DNA of 63,992 bases, filler included, from Octopus bimaculoides (GCF_001194135.2; 7 parts of 5 records of this genome joined end to end with filler, not necessarily neighbours in it), one strand, 5' to 3'. Counted from the whole stretch's first letter, positions 1-12,469 are shown. Notes: a model not told the origin generated them from the letters alone. Translations and numbers: made by a program.

Positions 1-284
1 GCCTCGGGCCGACCAAAGCCTTGTGAGTGGATTTGGTAGACGGAAACTAAAAAATGCCTGTCGTATATATGTACATATGTATGTGTGTGTGTATGTCCCC
101 CCCCCAAACATCGCTTTACAACCGATGCTGGTGTGTTTAGGTCCCCGTAAAATTAGCAGTTCAGCAAAAGAGACTGATAGAATAAGTACTAGGCTTACAA
201 AGAATAAGTCCTGGGGTCGATTTGATTCGACGAGAGGCGGTGCTCCAGCATGGCCGCAGTCAAATGACTGAAACAAGTAAAAGA
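1..284 (+). mobile_element. SINE family A (tRNA-head SINE with internal microsatellite), 5' part outside the window
   Basis: Closely matches the corresponding part of the copies at 7063-7550 and 45855-46183. Contains the internal (TA)/(TG) tract and the 3' end GGTGCTCCAGCATGGCCGCAGTCAAATGACTGAAACAAGTAAAAGA. Confidence 0.85.
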
Positions 285-334
285 ATGCAAATGATGATAG
301 TGATGTTGGTAATGTTATATTTTATTTACTTCCC

Positions 335-520
335 TTTTGGAGGAGGTAGCAGTTGATTATATCATTGCTGGTACTCGAACGGTACTTTTATTTTATCAAA
401 CTTAAAAGAACGAAAAACAAAGTTCACATTGGTGGGATTTGAACACAGAACATTGAGAGCTCGGATAAATAAGACAAGACAGTTTAACTGATGCTCTAAT
501 GATTCTGCCAATTCACTGTT
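335..520 (-). mobile_element. SINE family B, degraded copy
   Basis: The reverse complement retains the TGGCAGAATCATTAG head and GTTCAAATC B-box-like motifs seen in better copies (e.g. 33898-34115). Confidence 0.55.
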
Positions 521-828
521 TTAATAGTAATAATGATTATAATAGCTTTGATGATGACAGTGACGACAATGATGATTATGGTNNNNNNNNNNTGATGATG
601 ATGATAATAATGATAATAATAATAATAATCATAATAATAATAAAAATAATGATACATAAAAATAACATGTAATTATATTGATTTGAAATGATTACGAAGA
701 CAATAGCTAAAATAACAGCAACATAAACACATCTGTTGTAAAGGAACAAAATGCAGAACAATAACAGAAGACCGATGATAACCTTTGTTGTCTCTAATAA
801 ACCAATTGAATTTCTTCTTTTTCCTTAG

Positions 829-855
829 TTACGTTCCAGCGATAGTAAACTCTGA
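829..855 (+). CDS. Candidate terminal coding exon ending LRSSDSKL* of an upstream gene
   Basis: Branch-like CTAAT (793-797), pyrimidine tract and TTAG acceptor at 825-828. Phase-0 reading is TTA CGT TCC AGC GAT AGT AAA CTC TGA. No homology support. Confidence 0.25.
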   Translation, partial: LRSSDSKL

Positions 856-2154
856 ATATGACTTAACCTTGACTGGCTGTTTTGAAATGATTACATGATT
901 TATATGGTTATTTGGTTTAGACGCAAATTCATTCTCTTTATTTATTTACACATACATATATACATTTGTCAACAATTGCGTTCTTTCAGTAGTCTGTTTG
1001 TTGCCAACATACACGTCAGAAATGCAGAGAGTTTTCCATCATTTCTTTCTATTAGGTTACATATTTCAAACAATTTTTCTCTACCCATGCTGCGTAACTT
1101 TAGAAACCTTTCTGACACCAAATTATAAGACAGATAATTGGGTAATTTTATTTTATATTTTTATGCTTTCCTTTTCTCTGTAATGTTTTGTTGTCACTAT
1201 TGTTGTGCTGTTATTATTATTATTACATAGATTCCAACGTTTTTGTTCTCTTCCTGTTATATATTCAGTCTCTTAGGCAGTACAACAATGCTGCTCTGCT
1301 GAACTATGTTCAGAAGAATTCATAAAATGCAAAAATAGATGGCAAAATCAGTGTGTTGTGAGGTGGTGGAATTTGTTGGAGAATGAGACAATTTAGAAAC
1401 ATGGATTTAGTGCCCTAAGCTAGGCACATAACCGACTATACTTGCTGCAGTATACCTGACTGATGGAAAACAGCCCCCCACAAATTCATATGTTGAGGTT
1501 GAGTTAGTTGGGCATCCAGCTGTGACAACAAATGCTTAGATAAAATCCCATTCCACTCGCGCAAGCTTGGATAATCAATTATTTTAAACCCATAGATATA
1601 TGAGGACCAGAACAAGTAAGGATTGAAAGTGGGAAAGGAATTATTTTATTGAAGTGGGGGAACGAGCAGAATGGATAGGAAGTTAAAATAAGAAAAAAGA
1701 TAGCTATCGACAGTTTATGTATTTACTTTTGTCTCACTGAGCTCAAATCTTGATAGTGTTTTGAGAAAGTGAATATTAAGCCTACAATGTAAATGGACAC
1801 CATAAAGTTAGCATTTTCTTCTACACCTCTTAGTGCTTTTACTTCACTTTAATAAAGAAGATAACTATAACCTGAAGTGTTAGATCTTCTTCTGTTCCTA
1901 TCGTTTGGTGTATTTACTTTCAATGTACACATTCTTTGATATTGTTTATGTTTCATATTTTCATGATATTTTTTTCACCATGTGTTTCAATAGTCTGACT
2001 TTGTATATTATCTATTTATGCATAAGTCACCTCCTTACATCATAATCTTTTTCGTTTACTTCAATTTCATTTTTTTTTTTTTTTTTGGTTATCTACCAAC
2101 AATGTATTTAGATTAATTCAATTGATTATACTGCTCACAACAAACCTCTCCTTT

Positions 2155-2172
2155 TCATCATCATCATCGTCG

Positions 2173-2225
<53 letters not shown>

Positions 2226-2400
2226 GTCATCATCATCATCATCATCATCATCATCGTCATCATCATTTTAATGCCCTCTTTTTCATGCTTTCATGGGTTG
2301 GATGGAATTTGTTGAGGTACACTTTCCACAGCTGGATGCCCCTTTTTCTGTTATCAACCCTAATTGGGCCCTAAGCAAACCTCAATCAGACAAGTCATTA
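2155..2400 (-). mobile_element. RTE-tailed SINE 3' end with (GAT)n tail
   Basis: The - strand reads GGGCATCCAGCTGTGG...CCAACCCATGAAAGCATGAAAAAAG...GCATTAAAATGATGATG. The same 3' motif occurs at 12470-12600 and 54060-54240. The (CAT)n run at ~2155-2266 is its tail. Confidence 0.65.
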
Positions 2401-2529
2401 CTGGCCTTCTTATGTAGTTGGCCATGTCTGAGAGAAAAAGCAGTGCCTGCATGCTTTAGAAATGCTTTGAGAAAGGTGAGACTGATATTAATGTTCTGTT
2501 TAAACTGTTGCAAGTTGACACTTCAAGAA

Positions 2530-2990
2530 AGACATGAGCAGATGTAGAATTCCAGAGGCAGCTGACCTTCAAATGGAGAAAAATGGTTAGTGCAGGCTCA
2601 AGGTTTGGCTGGACACAACACAAAAGATGAGGGAAGGAGAAATTAATAAGTCAGGAATGCTTGAGAAGGAATAGCACAAGTTCAACCAGGTACAAAAACT
2701 GAGGTCATAATTGATTTAACAGTAATGAGAAAGAGAGGAAACAGTTTGCTTGTTGACTAAAGGCTGGAGCATGTTAATGAGTGATTATATGCCAATCAGT
2801 CATTCAAAAATTTCTGAAGGACCCGTACGGGTTTACTAAGAAGCTGTTCACTGAAATGAAGAGTGGCACTTTATCGTGTATGAAGGAAGAATTGGATGCT
2901 CATATCAAAGACACCTACAGTGATCCACACACCGTAACAGCCACTGCCACCTCTACATGGTCTAAAGCATCTCTTAGAACCTGATATCGA
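2530..2990 (+). mobile_element. Decayed non-LTR retrotransposon ORF remnant (HERO/NeSL-like, pre-RT region)
   Basis: The peptide KFLKDPYGFTKKLFTEMKSGTLSCMKEELDAHIKDTYSDP resembles, from recall, the FxxDPFxFxKxL...SGxL...EE...TYSDP block of HERO-type elements. It is flanked by stops. Confidence 0.5.
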
Positions 2991-3864
2991 ATTTCAAATT
3001 GGGGACTTGTGTCAGCTAGAAATGTTTTGTGGGATAAGGCAATAGTTCATTACATAGATTCCAAAGAACCCTGAGAGGATAAGAGGCAAAGTTGGTTTTG
3101 GTAAGTTTTGAACTCGGTGATTTTTAACTTTGGTATGAGATCACACATATATAGGAAAGAGATGAAATCAACTCCAGCATCAGTTTGAAACCTTTTGTTC
3201 TTTTTTTTTATATTGACTCCAATGGTCTAAAAGACGAAGTTGATCTTGGTGAGATTTCAACATAAGGAATGAAAAGTGAAGAATATGTGGATATCGGAAA
3301 AGAATGGCTTACAGGCAGACAGAAGACAAAAGACATGAAAATGAAAGAAATGATAACCAGGTGGTATTGAATGCACAAACAAACAAACAAACAAAACAAA
3401 CAGACACAGAAAACAAGAAGCAGCTCAGTTATAAACCAAAAGAACAACAATTAAGGGAGAGAGTATTAAACGCTTCGTGACTTTGGCGAAGGAATAAAAG
3501 GAAAGTTGAGTGGTGGCAGGAGTGGTAGGAACTGGAAATGGTTAAAGAAGACATGAATGGAAAAGAAGAAGGAAAAAAAAAACGATAACTCATTAATTAG
3601 ATATAAGTTTAAAAAAAATTGTGGAATAGCTATTCAACTGTTTGTTTGTAAGATTATTGCTGGTGGTTGGAGAGGTTGAGAGAGAGGAGGAGAACAAGAG
3701 TAAAAGAGGGAGTGAACAAGAGAAAGAGAGTGTGTGTGAATGTGAAAGTTTAAGATAAACATCTTGAGACCTCTTAGAGATTATTGGTTTACAATGTTTC
3801 TTGGTTGAATAGAAAAAGTATCACAATATTATATTGCCAATAGCTGTCTGAAACAAACAATGAT

Positions 3865-4844
3865 TTCTGACTTTGGTGCAAGACCTCAACAAATGTTTGC
3901 AGTTTGATAACATCAATTAAATCAGTCTCCATACTGATATTTGACTGGTATTTCTTTTCTCGACCCTAGGTAGGATGACTGGCATAGTCGACCTGGGTGT
4001 AATATGAAGTCAGAGCAAAATGAGTTCATTCTTAACATCATCCCTGGTTCTCAACTAATACATATTTTATTGATCCTGAAAAGATGAATGGCATAAAGCT
4101 GGAAGAAATGCCAAATGCCACTTGGCTTGCTAATGATTCTGCCAGCTTGCCATGTTTGTACAATAATGATAACCCTTTCTGCTGTAGGCACAAGGCCTGA
4201 AATGCAGGGTGATAGGGCCACTTGATTATATTGACTCCAGTGATCAAATGGTATAATTTCATCAACCCTGAAAGGATGAAAGACAAATTTGAACTCAAAA
4301 TATAAAGGTGTGTGAAATGCTGCTAAGCATTTTTCTCCAATAAAAAAAACAAAACAAAAAAAAAAACTGGTTCTGTCAGCTTTCTCTCATAATAATAATA
4401 ATGACTTCAAATTTTGGCATTAGGGCAGAGTAAATCAATTATATTGACCTTCAGAGCCCAACTGGTATTTATTTTATCGACCCCAAAAAAATGAAAGGCA
4501 AAGTTGACCTCAGCAGAATTTGAACTCAGAATGTAAAGACAGACAAAATGCTACTAAGCATTTTGTCTGGTGTGCTAATGGTTCTGCCAGCTCACCACCT
4601 TAATAACAATAATAATAATAACAATAATAATAATAATAATGATGATTTCAAATTTTGGAACAAGGCCAGCAATTTCGGAGAGGGGTTGAGTTGATTACAT
4701 TAACCCCAGCTATCAACCGATACTTATTTTATCGACCCTGAAAGGATGAAAGGCAATGTTGACAATGGTGGAATTTGAACTCAGAACATAAAGAAAGATG
4801 AAATGCCGCTAAGAATTTTGCCTGACATGTTAATGATTCTGCTA

Positions 4845-4880
<36 letters not shown>

Positions 4881-4914
4881 AATAATAATAATAATAATAA
4901 TAATNNNNNNNNNN

Positions 4915-4949
<35 letters not shown>

Positions 4950-5560
4950 GATCTGGAAATAGAGGTAATAGTAGGTGCATTAAGTATGATAAAAAAAAAA
5001 TATTCAGACATATAAATAACAAAAACACCAGGGCTAACAAGTATATATAACATACAGAAAATAGCACTACTAGGCGCTGCACACATTTTACATAAAACAC
5101 TTTCAATACAGTAAAAATAAGAGCATCACAGCAAACCACAGCACATACCCAAAGCACACAGAGCTTTCCTTGGTAGTGCAATGAAAGCACGTGATAAAAA
5201 TAAAACTACTGAATAATAATAATAATAATAATCCTTTCTACTAAAGGCACAAGGCCTTCAAATTTTGGGGGGAGGGGACTAGGCAATTGCATTGACCCCT
5301 GTGTTTCACTGGTGCTTAATTTATTGACCCCCAAAAAGATGAAAGGCAAATTCTACCCTGGTAGATTTTGAACTCAGAATGTAAAGACGGACGAAATACC
5401 ACTAAGCATTTCACCCAGTATGCTAATGATTCTGCCAGCTCGCTGCCTTTATGATAATAATGATATTAATATCAGTAATTTCTTGCATAAGCACAAGACC
5501 TCAAATTGAGATGTAAGGGACAGTTGATTATGTGAACTCCTGTTCTTGGACTTTATTTTA
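3865..5560 (-). mobile_element. Cluster of about 7 same-orientation SINE B copies
   Basis: Repeated ATCGACCC(T/C)GAAAGGATGAAAGGCAA...GAATTTGAACTCAG...GCTAATGATTCTGCCAGCT blocks at ~3865-4030, 4040-4150, 4185-4335, 4400-4600, 4645-4848, 5232-5450 and 5480-5560. Several are separated by (AAT)n. Confidence 0.8.
4950..5212 (+). mobile_element. 5'-truncated RLE-type (R4/Dong-like) LINE 3' end
   Basis: Highly similar to 29425-29676. Encodes a degraded IVGAL...IQKIALLGAAHILHKTLSIQ* C-terminus and is flanked on both sides by (AAT)n. Confidence 0.75.
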
Positions 5561-6255
5561 CAAACTGATAATAACAGAAGCAATTTTCATTTTGCCTTAA
5601 TGAGAAGGTAAATGTATAATAGTATTATTAAATAACAACTCATCAATAACTGGCTATTAAGATATGGGAGAGGTGATAAAAGCAATTTCCTATTCGTAAG
5701 AAAATAAATTTCTTTGTTTTCAAGCTGTGAAGTATATATATATATAGTATGTCATTGGCTAGACCAACCTTACTGGTGTATTAGTAACATCAATGATATA
5801 CTATAGCATTAAGGTTAGATTGCTAAGTCACTAACCACATGTAGGAACTAAATGAGTGAGTGATTGTCTATCATCATTGTCATCTTTATCATCATTGTCA
5901 CTATAATCATCATTGTTTAAGATTCCTTTTTCCATTAGTCTGACCGTAATTAATGAGCTAGACGACTGCGCTGATTTTTAATACCTACTTTGCATGGTTT
6001 CTACTGCTTGATACCCCTCCTAATGTCAGCTACTGAAAAATCTAATAGAGGAACTGGAAGAAGTGTCTTGCCAGAAAGGTGAATACATGGTTTTTCCCTG
6101 CTGGAGAGAGAGGGAGAGAAAGAGAAAAAGAGAGATACAGAGAAAGAGGAAAATGGTGAGAGTATCTTTGAAGTACATAGAGAAAATAAAAGAGAAAATA
6201 GGAACGGTGGAACAAAATGGGTGGGTGAGTAGGTAAGTGTGTTAGAGTGGAAAAA

Positions 6256-6417
6256 GTGTGATGTGGCTGTGTGCTAAGAAGCTTGCTTCTCAATTACATG
6301 GCTCTAGGTTCAACCCCACTGCATGGCACCTCGGGCAAATGTCTTCTATCATAGCCTATGGCTGATCAAAGCCTCATGAGTCAATTTGGGAGATGGAAAC
6401 TGAAAGATGCCTGTCGC

Positions 6418-6451
<34 letters not shown>

Positions 6452-6665
6452 CGTTGTACTTTTGTTTGTACCCCGCCACCACTTGACAGCTGGTGTTGGT
6501 GTGTTTACATTCCTGTAACTTTAGCAGCTCAGCGAAAGAGACTGATAAAATAAATACCAAGTTTGAAAACAAAAATTCATGAGATCAACTTATTCAATTA
6601 GAAATTCTTCAAGGTGGTGCCCCAGCATGGTCACAGTCTAATAACTGAAACAAGTAAAAGATAAA
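6256..6665 (+). mobile_element. SINE family A, full-length diverged copy
   Basis: tRNA-like head, CCTCGGGCAAATGTCTTCT block, internal (TA)n(TG)n and the family 3' end. Confidence 0.85.
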
Positions 6666-7062
6666 AGCCAAGAATTGGTGATGCAGTTTGTTGAAGAGAA
6701 TGTGAAGGAAATCGGAATGAGTTTAGGAAGAGGTCAAATCTACTGTAGGTTTTTTATTGTTTAATTGGTTAGCACATATCATTCCATACGCTGCTACAGT
6801 TCAAGCTGGTTTTATGAATATGTAATAGATTATATGATTGTTTTATTTGCAAAAGAGTAGCATCTTTGGTGTGGAAGGAGCAAGTCCTGATAAGTCTTTT
6901 TTAGTTTCTTGATGCCATTTACACATTTACATTATTGAACAAATCTTATATTGTACTCCTGTATTTAGTTTTGGCTTAGTCTACAAAAAGTTCTACTTTT
7001 AGAATTAACAGCAGGTAAGGAATTACGGTAAAAAAAAAAATATATCCATTTATTGTTATGAT

Positions 7063-7226
7063 AGGCGTAGGAGTGGCTGTGTGGTAAGTAGCTTGCTTAC
7101 CAACCACATGGTTCTGGGTTCAGTCCCACTGCGTGGCATCTTGGGCAAGTGTCTTCTACTATAGCCTCGGGCCGACCAAAGCCTTGTGAGTGGATTTCGT
7201 AGACGGAAACTGAAAGAAACCCATCG

Positions 7227-7279
<53 letters not shown>

Positions 7280-7550
7280 NNNNNNNNNNNNNNNNNNNNN
7301 NNNNNNNNNNNNNNNNNNNNNNNNNNNNNNNNNNNNNNNNNNNNNNNNNNNNNNNNNNNNNNNNNNNNNNNCCCAACGTCACTTGACAACCGATGCTGGT
7401 GTGTTTACATCCACGTAACTTAGCGGTTCGGCGAAAGAGACCGATAGAATAAGTACTAGGCTTCCAAAGAATAAGTCCTGGGGTCGAGTTGCTCAACTAA
7501 AGGTGGTGCTCCAGCATGGCCACAGTCAAAAGACTGAAACAAGTAAAAGA
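7063..7550 (+). mobile_element. SINE family A, full-length young copy (N gap in the internal microsatellite)
   Basis: A-box-like TGGCTGTGTGG (7074-7084) and B-box-like GGTTCAGTCC (7117-7126). CTTGGGCAAGTGTCTT resembles the CORE domain. A (TA)n(TG)n tract lies before the family 3' end. Confidence 0.9.
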
Positions 7551-10500
7551 GTAAAAAAAAAAAAACCAGTATACGGGGAAATTGCCTTTACGGCAAATGC
7601 CACATGAAAAAATAAGTAAATGAAAATAAATAAATAAATAAACCAGTAGGCTAATTTGCATATTAGTATAAGTTTGATAGCTGTCAGTTAATTCATTTGT
7701 AAGCTGAGTAGCATTTTCTCTGTAACTATATACTGCAGCAATTTCAGGACAGCAGAAGGTTAAGCAGAGCTTGACAAAAGACTAATAAAGTCAGAAATTG
7801 CAGTTGTTCTGATGCCCATGCTTTTTATTTTTATGTATACATATATATATATATTTTTTTGTTGAAAACTTTGAGATATACACCACCCTGCAAGATTAAT
7901 TTCACTACAAGAGCATATACATTTCAAACATCTCAATGTGTTGTTGTATTGTGAAGGTCTATGCATGCCATATGTAGAAATTTGCAAAAAAACATATCAT
8001 TACCACCTACAGTTAACATGGATGAGATGGATGTAAACAGTAAAAAATTGCGATGTGGAAGCTGTGTAGTCAAAGTACATTTCCTGCTGCTGAAGCTTTG
8101 CAACAGAAAATATATTGAATGCAGTTATTTTCCTTGTTGTTTTCCTTTCTCATATGAACATCAAGAATGTTTATCTTGTCTTCTTTTCCTGCTGGGTCAT
8201 CATAGCCTAATGTAAGCACACAAATGTTGCACTTTATAACTTCGACTTGCCAAATGTTGTGAACCAAAGAAAGAGACAGTACTGTTAGTGGAGTGAAAAC
8301 CGCAGCTGTTCTCCGTTGTTATTGACAGAAACTAATCTACTCATTGCTCTTATCAATTTGGTATGATTAATTTAGCCCTGTGTCAACAACAGAGCCGTGT
8401 GTTTTCATCTACATTGTTATGGAACAACTAATTTTTTTTTTATCTTATAGTTGCCGACGTTGTTGTTTTAATTATCTTCAAGATTTTATTGTTTCTTAAA
8501 AGTGAGGTAATTTTAAACCTTTTACTTAATTGTTTATTAAAGAGACAAACAAACAAAATAAAACTAAAACAATGAAGCCACAAAAAAGACAAAACAAAAC
8601 AAATGCCAAGTGTTCTTTTCTTGGAGTATGTTTGTTTTACTAGTTCAACATTCTTAACAAAATTTATTTTCAATGTTTACTTTCTTTTTTTATATTAGTG
8701 ATAATTAGTAATCATTATATTTCTCAATTGTGAATACTTAGCCAAGTTATTTTATTTACATTTTTTATTCCTCTTGTGTTGATTGTTTTTAGTCTCTCCA
8801 GTCGATGAGTTTTTTTTTTCTTTATCTTTAGTTTCTCAATTGTTTTTTTTTATTTTCCTTCAGTCTTCCAAAAAAACATTAACACTTTTGATCTTTCTGT
8901 TCGATGGAACCTATCCAATTATATCGTAGAAATAATTTCAGTGTTTATCTAGTATCTGTACAGAATAGATATTGGAAAGATACATAACAAGTTTTGATTA
9001 TAGAATATGGAATACTTGGTCAATAATTCATTGCAAGTTTTGGTCCATTCTAGACATTAAAACCAAATAAAAAGTCATAATTTTTACTGGTTCAGATTAC
9101 TGTTTTATTAAATATAAAGTAATTTGCTTTTACTATTTTATACATCTGATCAGTATTTATGAGAAGGAGGGTGGGGGAAGAAAGACAAAGTCAGATTTAT
9201 ACTTAAATGTTTTCTTCCTTTGTTTACTACCATCTTAATAGAGTCTGTCTCAATTATGTTTTCTCAAAAGAGAATGTATTACAACTCTTGTCTTCCAGTT
9301 ATAGGTTTCTTGACATCTCAGTTATGGTCTCCCAAGAACAAACAGCATCAAAAGATTGATCTTTTAACCGAGTATGAATCTAAGCTTAAATATATCAGTT
9401 GGGCATATGCATCACAATTACAGTCATTCAATTTTCCTTAAACTGAGAATCTTTACAAAGGATGTTTGCTTAACACCATATTCTGAAATCATAACTTTGA
9501 GTGGTTTAGAATTCAGCTTATACTTGGTTTAGAAATCTTTTGTCTATGTAAATTATGAATTAGCTGATGGAAATGTTATTTGAGGACAGTTTTAGATAGA
9601 GTTCTGTTGGTAAGTCACATAGAGTAAAATAACTGGTTTACCAATAATAAAAATATTTTATTGACAGAACAATTATTACAAAGGTATGATGATCATCAGA
9701 GTTTTTAAAATTGGGGTTTAGCCAATACATTGGTCCAGATTCATAAGAACCAAAGAGGAGTCCTCAAATATCTGATGAGCTCCTCTTCTCAATAAATAAA
9801 TAAATAAATAAATAAATAGATAAATAAATAATTCTCAAGTGCTTTTGAATTTTGAAGGGAACTACCTCAGTCTTACTCCACCTTGTAAAATTTGTCTCCA
9901 AGATCCTGACTGTCATACTAAGACTGGATTTGAGCTTGTTAAGTTCTTAATAAAGTCAAAATTAAATTGTTGAATTTGAAAGTTGATATTTAAAATGTCA
10001 TTGACGAAGTTCTCAAAGACTAAGTTGAAAAATTTAACTGAATGAGTTTATGATATTGGTAAAATTCTTTACAAAGAATGCTTTCATTTGTAATATATTT
10101 TTTATTGCTTATAGTTTGGGTTTTGGTCGAAGCTAACTTGAATCATTTTGGCAACTTGGTTAGGCAACAGTCAAAATAGTTGAACTGATCCTGTCAGGTA
10201 GAGAGGCTGGAACTAACTATTGAAAGAGAAATTCTCTGGGTATTTATAGCAGAATAAAATGTGCATTTGTATGCATGTACCATCTGTTTGTTGGCACATG
10301 AAGAGATACCTTGTGTGTGTCTATACACATATGTTTATGCATTGGTGACATGTATATATTTTTATATATGACAAGAAAATAGGGTTGGTTAAATAAAGAA
10401 TTTGTATGATATACATGTTTGTAAGATACACACACATGCACACACACACACATCTGTAGTATAAAGGAAATTAGTTGATTAATTTGCTGTATGCTTTAAA

Positions 10501-11565
10501 TTCGAATAAGCTATCTAATGAAGAAATTTTTGTGTGGTCTCTTGATTCACTAGAAATAACTGCTAAATTTCCTTCAAATCACTGTCTTAAATTGGATAAT
10601 GTTGTCCAAGCTGCACTACCTAAAAAGAAAAAGACTGGTTGGTCAAGGTCAGTATAGTCTGTTCAAACAGGTCTTACTTGGCAATTAAACAGTGACAGTA
10701 TATTAAAGAATGATTGATCTGCTGAAGATTTTAAGTTGATGGACGATTTGTTACTGGTATCAGAATATTTTATGAAGACATTTAAAGATGAATCAAATAT
10801 TCATTGTGAAAGAAATAGGAGTGGATAATTGAAATTGTTTCCTGGCAAAATTCAAAGATAACTTGAAACATGTTCTGGCTTCCACAGCAAAGGAAGTGGT
10901 TGCAAAGCATCCTGGAAGCGAATATAAATGAAATATTAAAATGAAGTGGTTTTGGTGAAGTATTGTGTGGTATGTGTGAGGCCAGAACAATGCGAGAGGA
11001 TACAAGGTAAATTACAAAAGAAAAAAAAAACAGAATAAAGTTGCAGTTTATATTATGGGGTTATGACCCATTCTTCAGGACATTTGGGAAAAGCAGTTTT
11101 AAATGTCCCGAAGAAGGGGTCTTCACCCCAAAATATGGAAATACAAGGTAAAACTGCAGCTTTGATTTGCTTTCTTTTTCCTTTTGTAGCTTTTTCCTTC
11201 TTGCATTGTTCCAGCGTTACACAACACGCTTCTATGAAGGAAATATATTTTTTGGTATTCAAAAGAAGAAATGTTTAGCAATTGAATAATTCAGAGATAC
11301 CATCATTATGATAAACAAAAGGTTATTTGGTAATTAACAATAGGTAATTGGGGTGGGGGGTGGGGGTGAACAACAAATGTTTTAATTTTAAAAGTGGTTT
11401 TCTTTGAAACGTGTGATCATATAAATTTCCAAGAGAAACTGCTCTGGTTAAAGTGTTGATGCTGTTCAGAATGAGGCTAATTCTGTAAATTCTGGCAGTC
11501 CATTCTGGCCACAACCACTCAACCTTTTCCCAGTTATAGTATATGTAGTACTACATTATCTAATA

Positions 11566-11784
11566 CAAAGAGGTGCTGGAAAGTTCCTGGCTTTAAAGGT
11601 ATTGTGTGATTGGCCTGGTTAGAGGCCCAACCTTCCAAGTTCTTTTACAAGGTTTAGAAGAACTGAAGGACTGCTGCAATAAGTGTGTGAATCTCAGAGG
11701 GGAACATGTTAAACAAAATCATAATTAACTGATTCTCCTGTATTTTCTTTTACCAAAAGCCAGGAACTTTTCAACACTCCCTTG
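11566..11784 (+). mobile_element. Mariner-derived MITE (internal deletion derivative)
   Basis: 29-bp TIRs (CAAAGAGGTGCTGGAAAGTTCCTGGCTTT vs CAAGGGAGTGTTGAAAAGTTCCTGGCTTT, 24/29 identical) with TA on both flanks. The interior encodes ELKDCCNKCVNLRGEHVKQ, like the mariner C-terminal RWxKCIxxxGDYVE. Confidence 0.85.
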
Positions 11785-12469
11785 TATATTCCTTTTCTAA
11801 GACATGATTTATTTTTAAGGGCACGATTTATAGAAACCTTTGGCTATAATTTCTAGCAGTTTGAACCACCTCTAAAGTATTCATTCTCACTATTGTAAAA
11901 CAACTGGGGTATTTTAAATTTTGTATACAAATTATATATAAAGTTTATATATAAATTAGGAATTTAGTTGATAAACTTTTGATCATCCACTAAAATTTGA
12001 ATTAGTTTTCTGTAATCTAATTGGTAAAATGGTATTTGTTTTTCTATTTGATTAGTTTTGCTCTCTTTTTGTCTGAAACTTTTATTGAAAGCGACTAATT
12101 TTTAGATAACAAGACAAAACACTTCTCTATTTCATAGGTAATTTCAGTAATAGATTTCTTAATTTGTTGTTAAAACTTTAGTATGCAGGTGCAAGAATGG
12201 CCGTGCGGTTTAGAAATTCATTTGCAACCATGTGGCCTTGATTTCAACTCCACTGTGTTGGACAGTGGATCTCAATTAGGGTCCATATAGTTCTTGCAGG
12301 TCCATATAAAATTTTGCTGTTAAAATTTATGAGCAATAAATTGCTTGTACTTCTACATTATACAAAATATATTAACAATTTTTTTTATACAGTTCTTAAA
12401 GTGGTTGGTGTTAGAGCATACTCTGTAAAGTGGTTGGTGTTAGTACACTCTGTAGTGGCTTGTGTTTAT

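Noticed and set aside
1269-1400. Cys-rich frame AVQQCCSAELCSEEFIKC resembling an insulin A-chain
   Set aside because: Spacing is CC-x4-C-x6-C rather than CC-x3-C-x8-C, there is no B-chain or signal, and an alternative frame is equally plausible.
7063-7135. tRNA genes suggested by A/B-box-like motifs
   Set aside because: They are SINE heads: no cloverleaf or acceptor stem, and they are always followed by SINE body.
7961-8267. ORFs 7961-8215 (+) and 8070-8267 (-)
   Set aside because: No recognisable motifs or convincing splice pairs; the sequence looks UTR-like or intergenic.
9850-11280. Possible decayed transposase-like coding remnants
   Set aside because: Short protein-like patches, but no diagnostic motif or TIR that I can name.
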